DNA of 64,000 nt from Gammaproteobacteria bacterium (GCA_026713705.1 JAPONY010000059.1:55670-119669), one strand, 5' to 3'; positions 9,001 through 17,358 are shown, numbered from the stretch's first letter. The notes: generated by a model not told the origin, from the sequence alone. Numbers and translations are program-made.

Positions 9001-9129
9001 GTCACTGCTCCGGAAAAGATTAGCGAACAACGCACGAAGCAGGAATGGAAAGAAGATGGCGTTTATTTTCTGCAAGACCCAGATTGCCTGAAACAAATTA
9101 TTACGGATGTGCTTGGGCCAACATCTTGA
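6061..9129 (+). CDS. Type III restriction Res-like protein: SF2 helicase (DEGH box) with a C-terminal PD-DxK endonuclease domain and an extra N-terminal region of about 150 aa
   Basis: 1022 aa from ATG 6061 (ATGA overlap with the upstream stop). The track's start at 5992 is an upstream in-frame extension. Walker A is LQSATGSGKT (K156). Motif II is LVLVDEGH (aa 250–253). Motif VI is QMFGRGVRLKGW. A C-terminal nuclease core is YYPDFIVWLKNDNSQHVIFLDPKG (PD...D-x-K). The arrangement is the same as EcoP15I-type Res but with a longer N-terminus. GC is low. Confidence 0.85.
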   Translation: MRGRRSAPLLQDRLVLLRFMCQEFGYADMDAMLDRLRDALPVFTARRESEYARALYLHPDNASISAETFTEYDANIAMYSQRLHMTEERGRSWKPHQYLALLFTEHYLNRYFSDPQALCAGLNATKTANPMTRSMPDCTPRDLHTVALQSATGSGKTLIMHASILQYQHWLNRSGQRLNNVILVTPNEHMSKQHNRDLQESNISARLFSNEAGPDLFASVEIIDLNKLAEKRGIKRVAVRDFGENNLVLVDEGHLGASGKAWRERREELARGGFTFEYSATFNQITGKDPALRDVYGKCLLFDYAYREFYKDGYGKDYSISNLPRGAEDENSRMYLLGCLLTFYLQCCIWRDRDIEWVDFNLAKPLWVFLGKTVTGSSKADRETKSDVINILDFFGWLLANKKDVCAMFKRLLANDSGITNELDEDFFADRFARFKSSRPNDLYADICETLFHGEGQLHVVYITGGDGEFHLRAADHSPFGVVNIGDSAALHKILKEKANPDFRVERELGFAKVLFPTVDQPDSKVNIVIGARRFIAGWNCWRVSTMSLMHVGVGEGPEIIQMFGRGVRLKGWNMSLKRHQKSGAKLPQGSEELAELETLHIFGLRANYMQIFRDLLEKERIALEHIKLPVTWNFAKTTDLKFIRLKKGQKYMGSGERLTLPLPNAGNPTVKLDLYSRLQSVASSKSTAIEREKVQFKFTPCHTSLFNRTRIYDSLIAHKRQMGWHNLALHAETIDELLANDTWYELQAPPEKTDMQNFKDVQALEDVAIDLLAKYADQHWRKQRRKWEHENIEVVTLGENDPNNIKEHRLSLDAKEERLVEDIRSLRTNLNHPLPRDLRLIVIRTKVHAYEPLLYASKDCKVTVQPVPLNQGEKSVVEKLESLARYNDGCLRGRDLFLIRNRTHGRGVSFFDDCGYYPDFIVWLKNDNSQHVIFLDPKGLGYYGQEKRKKVELHAEIKEVEKRVRNDDQTLRLHAYVLSVTAPEKISEQRTKQEWKEDGVYFLQDPDCLKQIITDVLGPTS

Positions 9130-9156
9130 CTAGCCACTTCGAGTAGGCCAAGCCTA

Positions 9157-9582
9157 ATGCCGCAATCCATGAAAAAAACCGATTCTCCGACATCCTTTGA
9201 GGACAAGGTTGCCGTGCTGATTGACGGCGGTCTGGAACTGTATTGGGATCGAACCGTCACCATGACTCCGGCCCAACGCGAAGCGGTTGCGCGGCTGGAA
9301 GAGAAGTTCCTGGAGGGGTTTAATGTGGACGGCGTGCGCTACGATCGCCCGGACTCGCTCAAGCGGGCTCAGTTGGCCGCAAGCCTGATCCCCCAGGCGC
9401 TGCAACGCGGGGATGATTCGCTGGCCGCCACTGCTCTGGCGCTGACCTGCACCTCCCTGCCCGACCTGAAACAGATCCAATATCGCCGACGGCAAGACGG
9501 GAGCTGGGATATCGCATTCGTCAGCGACCGTTTCTATGCACCTGACGAGCGGCCTGTCCAATTGATGCCACGCACTCCATGA
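9157..9582 (+). CDS. Hypothetical protein upstream of hemC; the true start is possibly internal (MTPAQREAV at about 9262)
   Basis: 141-aa ORF whose stop overlaps the hemC ATG (ATGA). GC rises to the host level only after about 9260. The opposite-strand ORF 9154..9561 looks less protein-like. Confidence 0.4.
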   Translation: MPQSMKKTDSPTSFEDKVAVLIDGGLELYWDRTVTMTPAQREAVARLEEKFLEGFNVDGVRYDRPDSLKRAQLAASLIPQALQRGDDSLAATALALTCTSLPDLKQIQYRRRQDGSWDIAFVSDRFYAPDERPVQLMPRTP

Positions 9583-10508
9583 GCAAATCTCTCTGCCGCA
9601 TTGCCACCCGCCGCAGCCCGCTCGCGGTCCGGCAGGCCGAACTGGTGGCCGAGGCGCTGGTCCAAGCGCAGGGCCTGAGCACGGAACTGCTGCGCGTGCA
9701 GACCGAGGGTGACCAGGTACTGGATCACCCCTTGGCCGAAATCGGTGGCAAGGGCCTGTTCGTCAAGGAACTCGAACTTCGCCTGCTGGCAGGCGACGCC
9801 GATCTTGCGGTTCATTCGATGAAGGATGTGCCGGCGGACCTCCCGGCCGGCCTCACGTTGGGCGCAATCTGCACCCGCGCCGACCCCCGGGACGGCGTCA
9901 TCGCCCCCCGCCACAAGACGCTTGACGCGCTCCCTGCAGGCAGCCGTGTCGGAACATCCAGCCTGCGGCGCAAGGCACAGTTGCAGGCACGGTTCCCGGA
10001 TCTTCAATTCCTGGATCTGCGCGGCAATGTCGGAACCCGCCTGAAACGGCTGCAAGATGGAGATTTCGAAGCCATTGTGCTGGCCTGTGCAGGCCTGCAG
10101 CGTCTAGACCTGGACGGGCAGATCACCCAGATCCTGGAGCCCGAAGAGTGCCTGCCCGCCATCGGCCAGGGCGCACTCGGCATCGAGATCGCCGAAGACC
10201 ATCCGCACGCTCGCGCCTGGGTGGCCGCATTGCACGACGACGCCACCGCCGCTGCCGTGACCGCGGAGCGCATGGTCAGCCGTGCGTTGTCCGGCAGCTG
10301 CCAGATTCCCCTGGCGGCCCATGCGGTCTGTACCGGCCTCCGAGAAGTCCGCCTGCAAGCCTGCCTCGCGCGCCCGAACGGCAGCCTGATCCTGCGTGCG
10401 GAAGCCGAGGGAGACCCCAAGATTGCCGGTGCGCTGGCCGCAAAACAACTGCTGGAACAAGGCGGTGCGGATATCCTGGCCGAACTGGGGGTCGAAGGCT
10501 ACGCATGA
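9579..10508 (+). CDS. hemC: Hydroxymethylbilane synthase (porphobilinogen deaminase)
   Basis: 309 aa. RIATRRSPLAVRQAELV...EGDQVLDHPLAEIGGKGLFVKELE is the canonical HemC sequence. Confidence 0.95.
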   Translation: MSKSLCRIATRRSPLAVRQAELVAEALVQAQGLSTELLRVQTEGDQVLDHPLAEIGGKGLFVKELELRLLAGDADLAVHSMKDVPADLPAGLTLGAICTRADPRDGVIAPRHKTLDALPAGSRVGTSSLRRKAQLQARFPDLQFLDLRGNVGTRLKRLQDGDFEAIVLACAGLQRLDLDGQITQILEPEECLPAIGQGALGIEIAEDHPHARAWVAALHDDATAAAVTAERMVSRALSGSCQIPLAAHAVCTGLREVRLQACLARPNGSLILRAEAEGDPKIAGALAAKQLLEQGGADILAELGVEGYA

Positions 10509-11281
10509 GCAGCGTACTTTCCGGCCGCCGAATCCTGCTGACCCGGCCTGAAGGACAAGTCGAGTCGCTGGCTACACGCTTGCGTGCGCAAGGCGCGGAA
10601 ATCAGCCACTTCCCCGCCATCCGGATTACCCTGGCGCCTCCGGATTCGACCGCCCAAGTCCTGGTCGAACAGGCAACATTCATCATCTTCGTGAGCGCCA
10701 ACGCGGTGCGGGGCCTGATGGCAGGTCCCGACCCGCTTGTACATGTCGTCCGCCGCGCCTCCGGGATTGCCGCCATCGGCCCGGCCACAACCAAGGCCCT
10801 GCTGCAGATCGGCCTGGAACCCGATGTCGTGGCCCCTCCCCCGTACAACAGCGAAGCACTGTTGTCCGCACCCGTGCTGCAGGATCTGAAGCGCCGGCAG
10901 GTCGTCATCGTCCGGGGGCAGAGCGGGCGCGAGATGTTGGCCGACGAACTGGGGCGTCGTGGTGCAGAGGTGCAGTATCTGGAAGTCTACCGCCGCGACC
11001 CGCCGACCGATATGCTGTCCATCGGGGAAATGCCGGGCGGTCCTCCGGAGGCGATCTGCATCACCAGCGCCGAGATCGCCGAGAACCTTCTGCAATGCGT
11101 CACATCGGAAGAAGAAACTGTACTTCGAGAGAGCGCACTCATCGCCGGCAACACACGGATCGCCGAAGCCTGTCGTAAACTTGGCTACACTGCGCCTGCC
11201 GGAGTGGCCGACAACCCCGGGGACGACGCCATGATCGATGCCTTGACCAGTTGCTTCGCGGCCTTGCCGCCAAACGCATGA
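10505..11281 (+). CDS. hemD: Uroporphyrinogen-III synthase
   Basis: ATG at 10505 overlaps the hemC stop (ATGA). MSSVLSGRRILLTRPEGQ is typical of HemD. The track's longer ORF (10148) is an artefactual extension into hemC. Confidence 0.85.
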   Translation: MSSVLSGRRILLTRPEGQVESLATRLRAQGAEISHFPAIRITLAPPDSTAQVLVEQATFIIFVSANAVRGLMAGPDPLVHVVRRASGIAAIGPATTKALLQIGLEPDVVAPPPYNSEALLSAPVLQDLKRRQVVIVRGQSGREMLADELGRRGAEVQYLEVYRRDPPTDMLSIGEMPGGPPEAICITSAEIAENLLQCVTSEEETVLRESALIAGNTRIAEACRKLGYTAPAGVADNPGDDAMIDALTSCFAALPPNA

Positions 11282-12255
11282 GCCGCACCACGCGACTGGG
11301 TGCTGCATTGACCGTAATCGGCTGGCTGGGCCTGGCTGCGGTCGGCGCCCTGCTGTACATGCTGTGGACCGACACGCAGACCCGCTTCCTCGAACTGCGC
11401 GACCGCCAGCTCGAAACCCACCAGTCCGCGCACCAGGCGCTGATGGAAGTCGACCGGCGCCTGGCTGGCCTATCCGAGGAGCAGCACCGGACCCAGGCCC
11501 TGGTGGACCAGTTCTTGGAAGAACTGCGGATCCGCTACACGACCTACGAGACCCTGCTGCAGCAGAAGCTGGCCCCGATTTCGATCGCCCCCGACCCGCG
11601 CCAGTATCCGGTCGAGGAACTTGCCTTCCTACTGCAGATTGCTCAATATAAGCAGAATTACCTTCAGGATTCCCTCGGCACACTGAGTGCCCTGCGCCAA
11701 GCCCGCCAAGTGCTGGACTCCCTGGACCCGGTCCACCACCACACCCTGATCCAGCAAGTGGATCAAGCGATTACAATCCTGGAGGGCTACCGGGGCGAGG
11801 AGGCGGAGCATGCACATCGCATCCTGACCGGGAGTTGGCTCGTGCTGAGCGAGAAGATTGGACAGTTGCAGGCGGCTGTCGAGCGCCAGAACCAGACCCT
11901 GGCCACCGGTGGCTGGGGCCAGATCTGGGATTCCATCGTCGAGCAATTCGACGAACACCTCGAGGTACAGAAAGGTGCCCCGCAGGCGGTGCAGACCATT
12001 TCGGCCTACCAGCACATCCTGATCCTGTACGCCGCGCAAACCGAACTGTACCTGGCTCGCCTGGCCTTGCAGTCCCATCGCTCCGATGCCTACATGCAAT
12101 CCCTGGAGCATGTCCTGGCCCTGCTTTCGCAGCCAGCGCTTGAGAACAGCTACCCGGCACTGAAACACGACCTGGAGGTGCTGCGGGAGCAGAACCCTTT
12201 CCCGCCCTCCATTGATTTCGAACAACTGACCCGAACGCTGCCGCCGACTCAATGA
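11278..12255 (+). CDS. hemX: HemX-like membrane protein (uroporphyrinogen-III C-methyltransferase-like)
   Basis: ATG at 11278 overlaps the hemD stop. It has an N-terminal transmembrane helix and then a long coiled-coil region. Its position in hemCDXY is conserved. Confidence 0.75.
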   Translation: MSRTTRLGAALTVIGWLGLAAVGALLYMLWTDTQTRFLELRDRQLETHQSAHQALMEVDRRLAGLSEEQHRTQALVDQFLEELRIRYTTYETLLQQKLAPISIAPDPRQYPVEELAFLLQIAQYKQNYLQDSLGTLSALRQARQVLDSLDPVHHHTLIQQVDQAITILEGYRGEEAEHAHRILTGSWLVLSEKIGQLQAAVERQNQTLATGGWGQIWDSIVEQFDEHLEVQKGAPQAVQTISAYQHILILYAAQTELYLARLALQSHRSDAYMQSLEHVLALLSQPALENSYPALKHDLEVLREQNPFPPSIDFEQLTRTLPPTQ

Positions 12256-13421
12256 AAATCCTGGTGCTGATCTTCGTGGCACTGCTGGTGACGGGCCTGA
12301 CGGCTTGGACCGCCCAGACCCAAGGAGGCGAAGTCATCGTGCATGTGGCCGACTACACGGTCCGGGCCTCCCTGTTGATGGCCCTGCTGGTTGGCATCGG
12401 AACCATGTTCGGGATTTTCGTGCTGGTGGGTCTGCTGTCGCGAACGCTGGAAACTCCGCAGCGCCTTAGGAAACGGCACAAGTCCCGCCGCCGCGACCGC
12501 ACGGACATCCTGTTCGCACAGGGGCTGCGCAACATGCTGGAAGACCGGCTGGACGCCGCTCGGCAGGATCTGGAGCAGGCGGCGAAGATGGAACCCAAGC
12601 AATCGATTTTTCAGCTTCTGGCGGCTTCGGTCTGCATTAAGGCCAACGACCGGGACGCCTGGAACGCGCACCTGCGCGCGGTGACCGATCCCGACTATCA
12701 GACGGCCAGCACCTGGCTCAAGGCCGATGGTTTGGTTGCCGCGGGAGAATGGGAAGAAGCCCTGGCCGTCCTGCAGGTGCTGGCAGGCGACAATCCGAGG
12801 AATCCCCGAGTCCTGCGCCAGTTAGCCCGTTGCTACCGGGAATTGAACAGCTGGGAGCGACTGTTCGAACTGGGACGGGACCAGGTACGCCTTGCGCACC
12901 TGCCGCAAGACGAAACCCGCCAGTGGCTGCGCGATGCTGCCTATCGCCTGTGCGAAGACACCCAGGAGTCGGAACTAAAGTCCCTGTGGCCGAAACTCGG
13001 AGATGCGCGCGACGACCCGGAAGTCCTGCGCCACTACATCGGGCGACTTCAGCGCTGCGGGCTGTCGCATCCGGAACTGGAGCCGCACCTGCGCAAACTG
13101 CTGGACTCCAACCTTGACGACACGGCGATCGAACTGTACGGCATGTTGCCGAACCCGATCACCCCGAACATGGTCGAGAAAGTCCGGAAGTGGCTGGCAA
13201 AGAATCCCGAGCAAGTCTCGCTGAAGCGTACCCTGGCGCGACTGCACAGCCGCCTCGGGCAACACGCCGAGGCTCGCGAGCAACTGGAGGCCCTTGAGAA
13301 GCAAGGCGGCGATGCCCTGCTGTACCGGGAACTGGGGGAGACCCTGGAGCGGATGGGCCAGGGCGAGGCCGCGCAGGCGTACTACCGGAAAGGGCTGCAG
13401 TCCCTGGACAAGACCCCTTAG
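12252..13421 (+). CDS. hemY: HemY-like protein (two N-terminal transmembrane helices plus TPR repeats)
   Basis: 389 aa. MKILVLIFVALLVTGLTAW then a second transmembrane helix and a TPR-rich C-terminus. It overlaps the hemX stop. Confidence 0.8.
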   Translation: MKILVLIFVALLVTGLTAWTAQTQGGEVIVHVADYTVRASLLMALLVGIGTMFGIFVLVGLLSRTLETPQRLRKRHKSRRRDRTDILFAQGLRNMLEDRLDAARQDLEQAAKMEPKQSIFQLLAASVCIKANDRDAWNAHLRAVTDPDYQTASTWLKADGLVAAGEWEEALAVLQVLAGDNPRNPRVLRQLARCYRELNSWERLFELGRDQVRLAHLPQDETRQWLRDAAYRLCEDTQESELKSLWPKLGDARDDPEVLRHYIGRLQRCGLSHPELEPHLRKLLDSNLDDTAIELYGMLPNPITPNMVEKVRKWLAKNPEQVSLKRTLARLHSRLGQHAEAREQLEALEKQGGDALLYRELGETLERMGQGEAAQAYYRKGLQSLDKTP

Positions 13422-13829
13422 TGCAAGACAGGCCCTCCTGATTCCGGCTCGTCCGGGCCGGGCGGGGGCGAGGCATGATGCATGATCATGCGCCAGCCTT
13501 CATCCGTGCCGCAGTAGATGTTGGTCGCCAGCACGATGCCGACGATATGGTGCCGCAGGTACAGGGTTTCCGTCAGATGGCTGATGGCGAACTGGTCTGC
13601 CAACTCGTCCCGGTAATGGTATTCCCGTTCGAAATGAAACGGTACTTCCGCCTGGAAGATCTGTTTCCAGCTCTCCTCCACCTCCTCGCGCCCGGTCAGC
13701 AGCTGGCCTCCGGGATGGATGCAGAATATCGAGCGGTCCGTTGCCCATACCTGCATCATGGCCTCTACATCCTGCTGAGCGAACGCCTCGTAGAAAGCGT
13801 CTTCGGCTTCGGCCGCGGAACGTAGCATG
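13418..13829 (-). CDS. SnoaL-like / NTF2-fold (DUF4440-like) protein
   Basis: Start set at MLRSAAEAEDAFYEAFAQQDVEAMMQVWA (ATG 13829). The upstream part of the track ORF lies in AT-rich DNA. The fold call comes from an NTF2-like composition pattern and is low-confidence. Confidence 0.5.
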
Positions 13830-13915
13830 ATGTGGTGTGCCCCTCTCTCTTGAGTATCATACTCGCCCCCTTTAACCCATCCCCACCTGCCTCCCATTTT
13901 GATAGACTTGGGTGC

Positions 13916-14194
13916 ATGAAACTCTTCAGATCGCCGCATTCGACGAAGCCCAAGCCGCAGTCATGGTCCAAACCATCACAGCGACTGGCACCGCTTAACC
14001 ACGAAAAACTATCTGAATCGGGTAGTCGGCCAGTTGATCCATATGAAGAAGACTGGGACATGCACCCCGACACGCGGGCTGCATTGCAGGAGTTTCGCGC
14101 CGACATGCGGGCTTCATTTCGGGAGCTTCGCTGGTATATCGCCTACGTCGGAGCCATGACGATTATCATAGTGAAGTCTCTTTCGCTTGTGTGA
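13916..14194 (+). CDS. Short DUF1640-like protein (coiled-coil plus C-terminal transmembrane helix); the start could be 13832
   Basis: The C-terminus RADMRASFRELRWYIAYVGAMTIIIV is paralogous to the C-terminus of the 14429..14827 protein. Confidence 0.4.
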   Translation: MKLFRSPHSTKPKPQSWSKPSQRLAPLNHEKLSESGSRPVDPYEEDWDMHPDTRAALQEFRADMRASFRELRWYIAYVGAMTIIIVKSLSLV

Positions 14195-14296
14195 AGACCC
14201 CGTAAGATCCACTCAAGCAAATATCCAGAGGATGCCGAAAAAATCACCCTGAAGTCGCATCCAGAATAGCCTATAACCTATTGACTTTCAAAGGAT

Positions 14297-14326
14297 AAAA
14301 ATGGTCAAAAAATTCTGACCATTTTT
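14297..14326. promoter_or_regulatory. AT-rich perfect inverted repeat AAAAATGGTCA-N8-TGACCATTTTT upstream of the second DUF1640 gene
   Basis: Read directly. An 11-bp arm is a palindromic operator candidate. A TTGACT hexamer lies 10 bp upstream. Confidence 0.3.
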
Positions 14327-14428
14327 CCTTGCCTTTCCCGTCCCCTTCTGACACCATCCCATCCCGACCCGAGGAGTGCTTTCAACAAGCATTTCCTCCC
14401 GCTAGCCACTCGTCAAGGAGAGACGTCC

Positions 14429-14827
14429 ATGAAACCCAGCACACAAGAGTCCGCTGCCACCCCCGGTGCGAATAAAACGGGGGCACCTCGTACCCCGCAT
14501 TTTGATAAACTCAGGACCATGAAGACTCTGCAGGCCGCCACTTTCAGCGAAGACCAGGCCGGAGCCGTGGTTGAAGCCATGGATGACGCCCAGCACCACT
14601 TGGCCACCAAAAGCGACATGGAAAAGATGGAGTCCAGCCTACGAACGGACATGGAAAAGATGGAGTCCGGCATACGGGCGGATATGGAAAAGATGGGACT
14701 TCGTCTGCAGGGCGAAATCAAGGATCTACGCGCCGACATGCAGGCCGAATTCAAGAGGCTCTATTGGTATATCCCTATCGTCGTCGGGGTTATGGCCAGC
14801 ATCATGGGGGCTTTCGCATCTCTGTGA
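14429..14827 (+). CDS. DUF1640 family protein (coiled-coil with C-terminal membrane anchor)
   Basis: 132 aa. ...LATKSDMEKMESSLRTDMEKMESGIRADMEKM...LRADMQAEFKRLYWYIPIVVGVMASIMGAFASL matches the DUF1640 pattern (heptad-like repeats then a transmembrane helix). Confidence 0.6.
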   Translation: MKPSTQESAATPGANKTGAPRTPHFDKLRTMKTLQAATFSEDQAGAVVEAMDDAQHHLATKSDMEKMESSLRTDMEKMESGIRADMEKMGLRLQGEIKDLRADMQAEFKRLYWYIPIVVGVMASIMGAFASL

Positions 14828-14920
14828 ATATCCTGGAAGGCTTCTTGCTTCGGCAATTGACCGAGCCCTTGAAGATCGCCTGCCGCAAACGGTCGGCGAT
14901 GCGCTGGTTAAAATAGAATC

Positions 14921-15220
14921 ATGAACGGCTCCCGCTTCTACACCGCCATCTCCCCTTGGACCGTGCTGGCCACGGCCGTCAGCTGGGGTCTCACCGTCGC
15001 TCTGGCCTTCAACCTTCTGGGCGGGCCTTTCGAGATGCGCAGTTGCCAGACCGGCTGCATGCAAAGCCTGGGACTGGCCTCGTTCATCGTCGCGGTCGCC
15101 GGCGTGCTGGTCGGCCACCGGCCCCCGCATCACCTGGTGACCCTGCTGTGCCTGCTCTCCATGCTGGGCCTGATCCTCATCTATCTGACCACCTTCTTCA
15201 TCGGCGTCTTGTTCAGCTGA
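14921..15220 (+). CDS. Small integral membrane protein (three predicted transmembrane helices)
   Basis: 99 aa and hydrophobic throughout. The opposite-strand 184-aa ORF is low-complexity and rejected. Confidence 0.4.
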   Translation: MNGSRFYTAISPWTVLATAVSWGLTVALAFNLLGGPFEMRSCQTGCMQSLGLASFIVAVAGVLVGHRPPHHLVTLLCLLSMLGLILIYLTTFFIGVLFS

Positions 15221-16160
15221 TCGGCCCCCACAGGCCGCGGATCGCGGCGATTCCCTGTGCGCCGGATTCGACGGCCGCATCCTGATCTCCCGGGCTCATT
15301 CCCCCGAGCGCGTATACCGGCAATGCCGCATCGGCGGCCGCCGACGCGAAACCGTCCCAGCCCAGCGCCTGCGGCGAATCGCGCAGTGGCGACAGTACCG
15401 CGAAATCCGCATCAATCCGGACCGCCTGGCCCAACTCCTGCGGGCTGTGGCAGGACGCACCCACGAGAAGACCCTCCGGTAGAGGGCGGGCTGTCAGTTG
15501 CTGCAGGCGCGCACTCGTCAGGTGCACCCCGTCCGCCCCCAGCCGCGCCGCCTGCTCGGGCTCGCCGTTCAGCACGACTCGTGCGCCCGCGGCATGAACT
15601 CGCTCGATGGACTCTTGCGCCAACCGTTCGTATGCCGGACTGGACAGCGAGTGCGCGCGCAATTGGATCAACCGCGCGCCGCGTTCCAGCGTTGCCGACA
15701 GATCATCTTGCCAGCGGCCGATGTCACCGGCCGGATCCGCGCTGATCGCGTACTGCGGAGGCAATTGAAGCGCACGGATCACCGGGAGGCTGGCGGGCGG
15801 CGTGGTCCACCGCCCCAGTTCCGGCAACGGCACCCAGCGCACCTCCTGGCCCTCGCACCCGCGGGCCGTCCCATCCCAGGACGTCACCCGGAACACATCG
15901 AAGTCCATCGTGAATTCAGGATAGGTGTAGGGGAAACGGATCAGTCGGCCCCAGGCTTTCGCCCGGATGCCGATTTCCTCCTCCAGTTCCCGCACCAGCG
16001 TCTGCGGTGCGCTCTCGCCCGCCGTCATCTTTCCACCTGGAAACTCCCATTTGCCGCCCTGATGCGCGGACGCGGGCCGTTTCGCCAGCAAGACCTTCGG
16101 CACTCCCTCATCCGCACTGAGCACGGCTCCCGCGACCACCGCCATGGGAGTCACAACCAT
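15213..16160 (-). CDS. Nudix hydrolase (MutT-like) fused to a thiamine-phosphate synthase-like (ThiE) domain
   Basis: The Nudix box is GGKMTAGESAPQTLVRELEEEIGI. The C-terminal half has a ThiE-like TIM-barrel pattern. The gene order secA-argJ-mutT/thiE is the same as in Pseudomonas. Confidence 0.8.
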   Translation of the reverse strand: MVVTPMAVVAGAVLSADEGVPKVLLAKRPASAHQGGKWEFPGGKMTAGESAPQTLVRELEEEIGIRAKAWGRLIRFPYTYPEFTMDFDVFRVTSWDGTARGCEGQEVRWVPLPELGRWTTPPASLPVIRALQLPPQYAISADPAGDIGRWQDDLSATLERGARLIQLRAHSLSSPAYERLAQESIERVHAAGARVVLNGEPEQAARLGADGVHLTSARLQQLTARPLPEGLLVGASCHSPQELGQAVRIDADFAVLSPLRDSPQALGWDGFASAAADAALPVYALGGMSPGDQDAAVESGAQGIAAIRGLWGPIS

Positions 16161-16164
16161 GGGG

Positions 16165-17358
16165 TCAGGTCCGGTATTCGGCGTTGATCTTTACGTAATC
16201 GTAGGACAGGTCGCACGTGTAGAGTCGGGTCTGCGACTCGCCGAGGCCCAGATTCACACGGATGGTGAATTCCTCGTGCTCCATGACCGCGAGACCCCGC
16301 TCCTCCCGGTAGTCCTCGGCAACGACACCGCCCATCACCACCAGCACATCGTCCAGATGAACCTCGACCCGGTCCATGCGCGACAGGTCTCCGACGCTGC
16401 GCCCGACGGCGGCCAAGATCCGGCCCCAGTTGGGATCGCCGGCGAATGCCGCTGTTTTGACCAGAGGCGAATGGGCGACCGCACGTGCCACCGCCTGTGC
16501 CTGTTCTTGGGTCGCCGCCCGCTCGACTTCGACCGTAATGAACCGGGTCGCGCCTTCGGCGTCCCGCACAATGCTTTTGGCCAGCGTCTCGCAAGTGTCG
16601 AAGACAGCCTGCTCCCAAGCCTGAACCTCCGAATCGCTCAGGTCCGAAAGCGCCACACCGCTGGCGCCGGTCGCCAGTAGCACACACGCGTCATTGGTGG
16701 AGGTGTCGCCTTCCACAGTGATCGCGTGAAAAGACGTCTCAAGCGCACGCTCGAGCACCTGCTCCAGGATCGCCGCATCTACCGCCAGATCGGTCGCGAC
16801 GAAGGCCAACATGGTCGCCATGTCCGGGCAGATCATGCCCGAGCCCTTGGCCATTCCGGTAACGTGGAGATTCTCCCCCCCACCCTTGATCCGGCAGCCC
16901 TCCAGCTTGACCCGGGTGTCGGTCGTCAGAATCGCCTGCGCCGCTTCCGGCCAACCGTCGGCGGACAGCGCCTGCTGCAGTTGCGGCAACACCGCCTCGA
17001 TCTTCCCCACATCCAGCTTCTCGCCAATCACCCCGGTCGAAAACGGCAAGACTTCGTGCGGATCGATCGCGAACACCCCCGCGGCCGCCATGCAACATTG
17101 CCGGGCGTCATACAGGCCCTGTTCGCCCAGTCCGGCGTTGGCGCAACCGGCATTGATCAGCAACAACCGGGGAGAGCGCATCTCCAGATGTTCGCGTGCA
17201 ACCTCGACGGGTGCCGCGCAAAACCGGTTGGTCGTGAATACGGCGGTCAGCTCCGTTTCGGGTGCCAACTCCAGCACCGCCAGATCCAGCCGCTCGCCGG
17301 CGTACAGACCCGCACTGGCGGCCGCCAAGCGCACTCCAGGGACCGGCTGCCAGCTCAT
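16165..17358 (-). CDS. argJ: Bifunctional glutamate N-acetyltransferase / amino-acid acetyltransferase
   Basis: The start [17 protein letters not shown] overlaps the secA stop (ATGA). It contains ATTDTRVK...[10 protein letters not shown] and the C-terminus [14 protein letters not shown]. The track's 489-aa ORF is an upstream extension. Confidence 0.9.
   Translation of the reverse strand: MSWQPVPGVRLAAASAGLYAGERLDLAVLELAPETELTAVFTTNRFCAAPVEVAREHLEMRSPRLLLINAGCANAGLGEQGLYDARQCCMAAAGVFAIDPHEVLPFSTGVIGEKLDVGKIEAVLPQLQQALSADGWPEAAQAILTTDTRVKLEGCRIKGGGENLHVTGMAKGSGMICPDMATMLAFVATDLAVDAAILEQVLERALETSFHAITVEGDTSTNDACVLLATGASGVALSDLSDSEVQAWEQAVFDTCETLAKSIVRDAEGATRFITVEVERAATQEQAQAVARAVAHSPLVKTAAFAGDPNWGRILAAVGRSVGDLSRMDRVEVHLDDVLVVMGGVVAEDYREERGLAVMEHEEFTIRVNLGLGESQTRLYTCDLSYDYVKINAEYRT

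Noticed and set aside
9154-9561. Minus-strand 135-aa ORF opposite the pre-hemC gene
   Set aside because: The plus-strand ORF is stop-start coupled to hemC. The minus ORF has Gly/Arg-rich noise composition.
10148-11281. 377-aa extended hemD ORF
   Set aside because: The N-terminal 119 aa are Arg/Pro-rich out-of-frame overlap with hemC. The real start is the ATGA-coupled ATG at 10505.
14726-15280. Minus-strand 184-aa ORF
   Set aside because: It is low-complexity (D/E/G/R/Q-rich) and antisense to a coherent small membrane protein.
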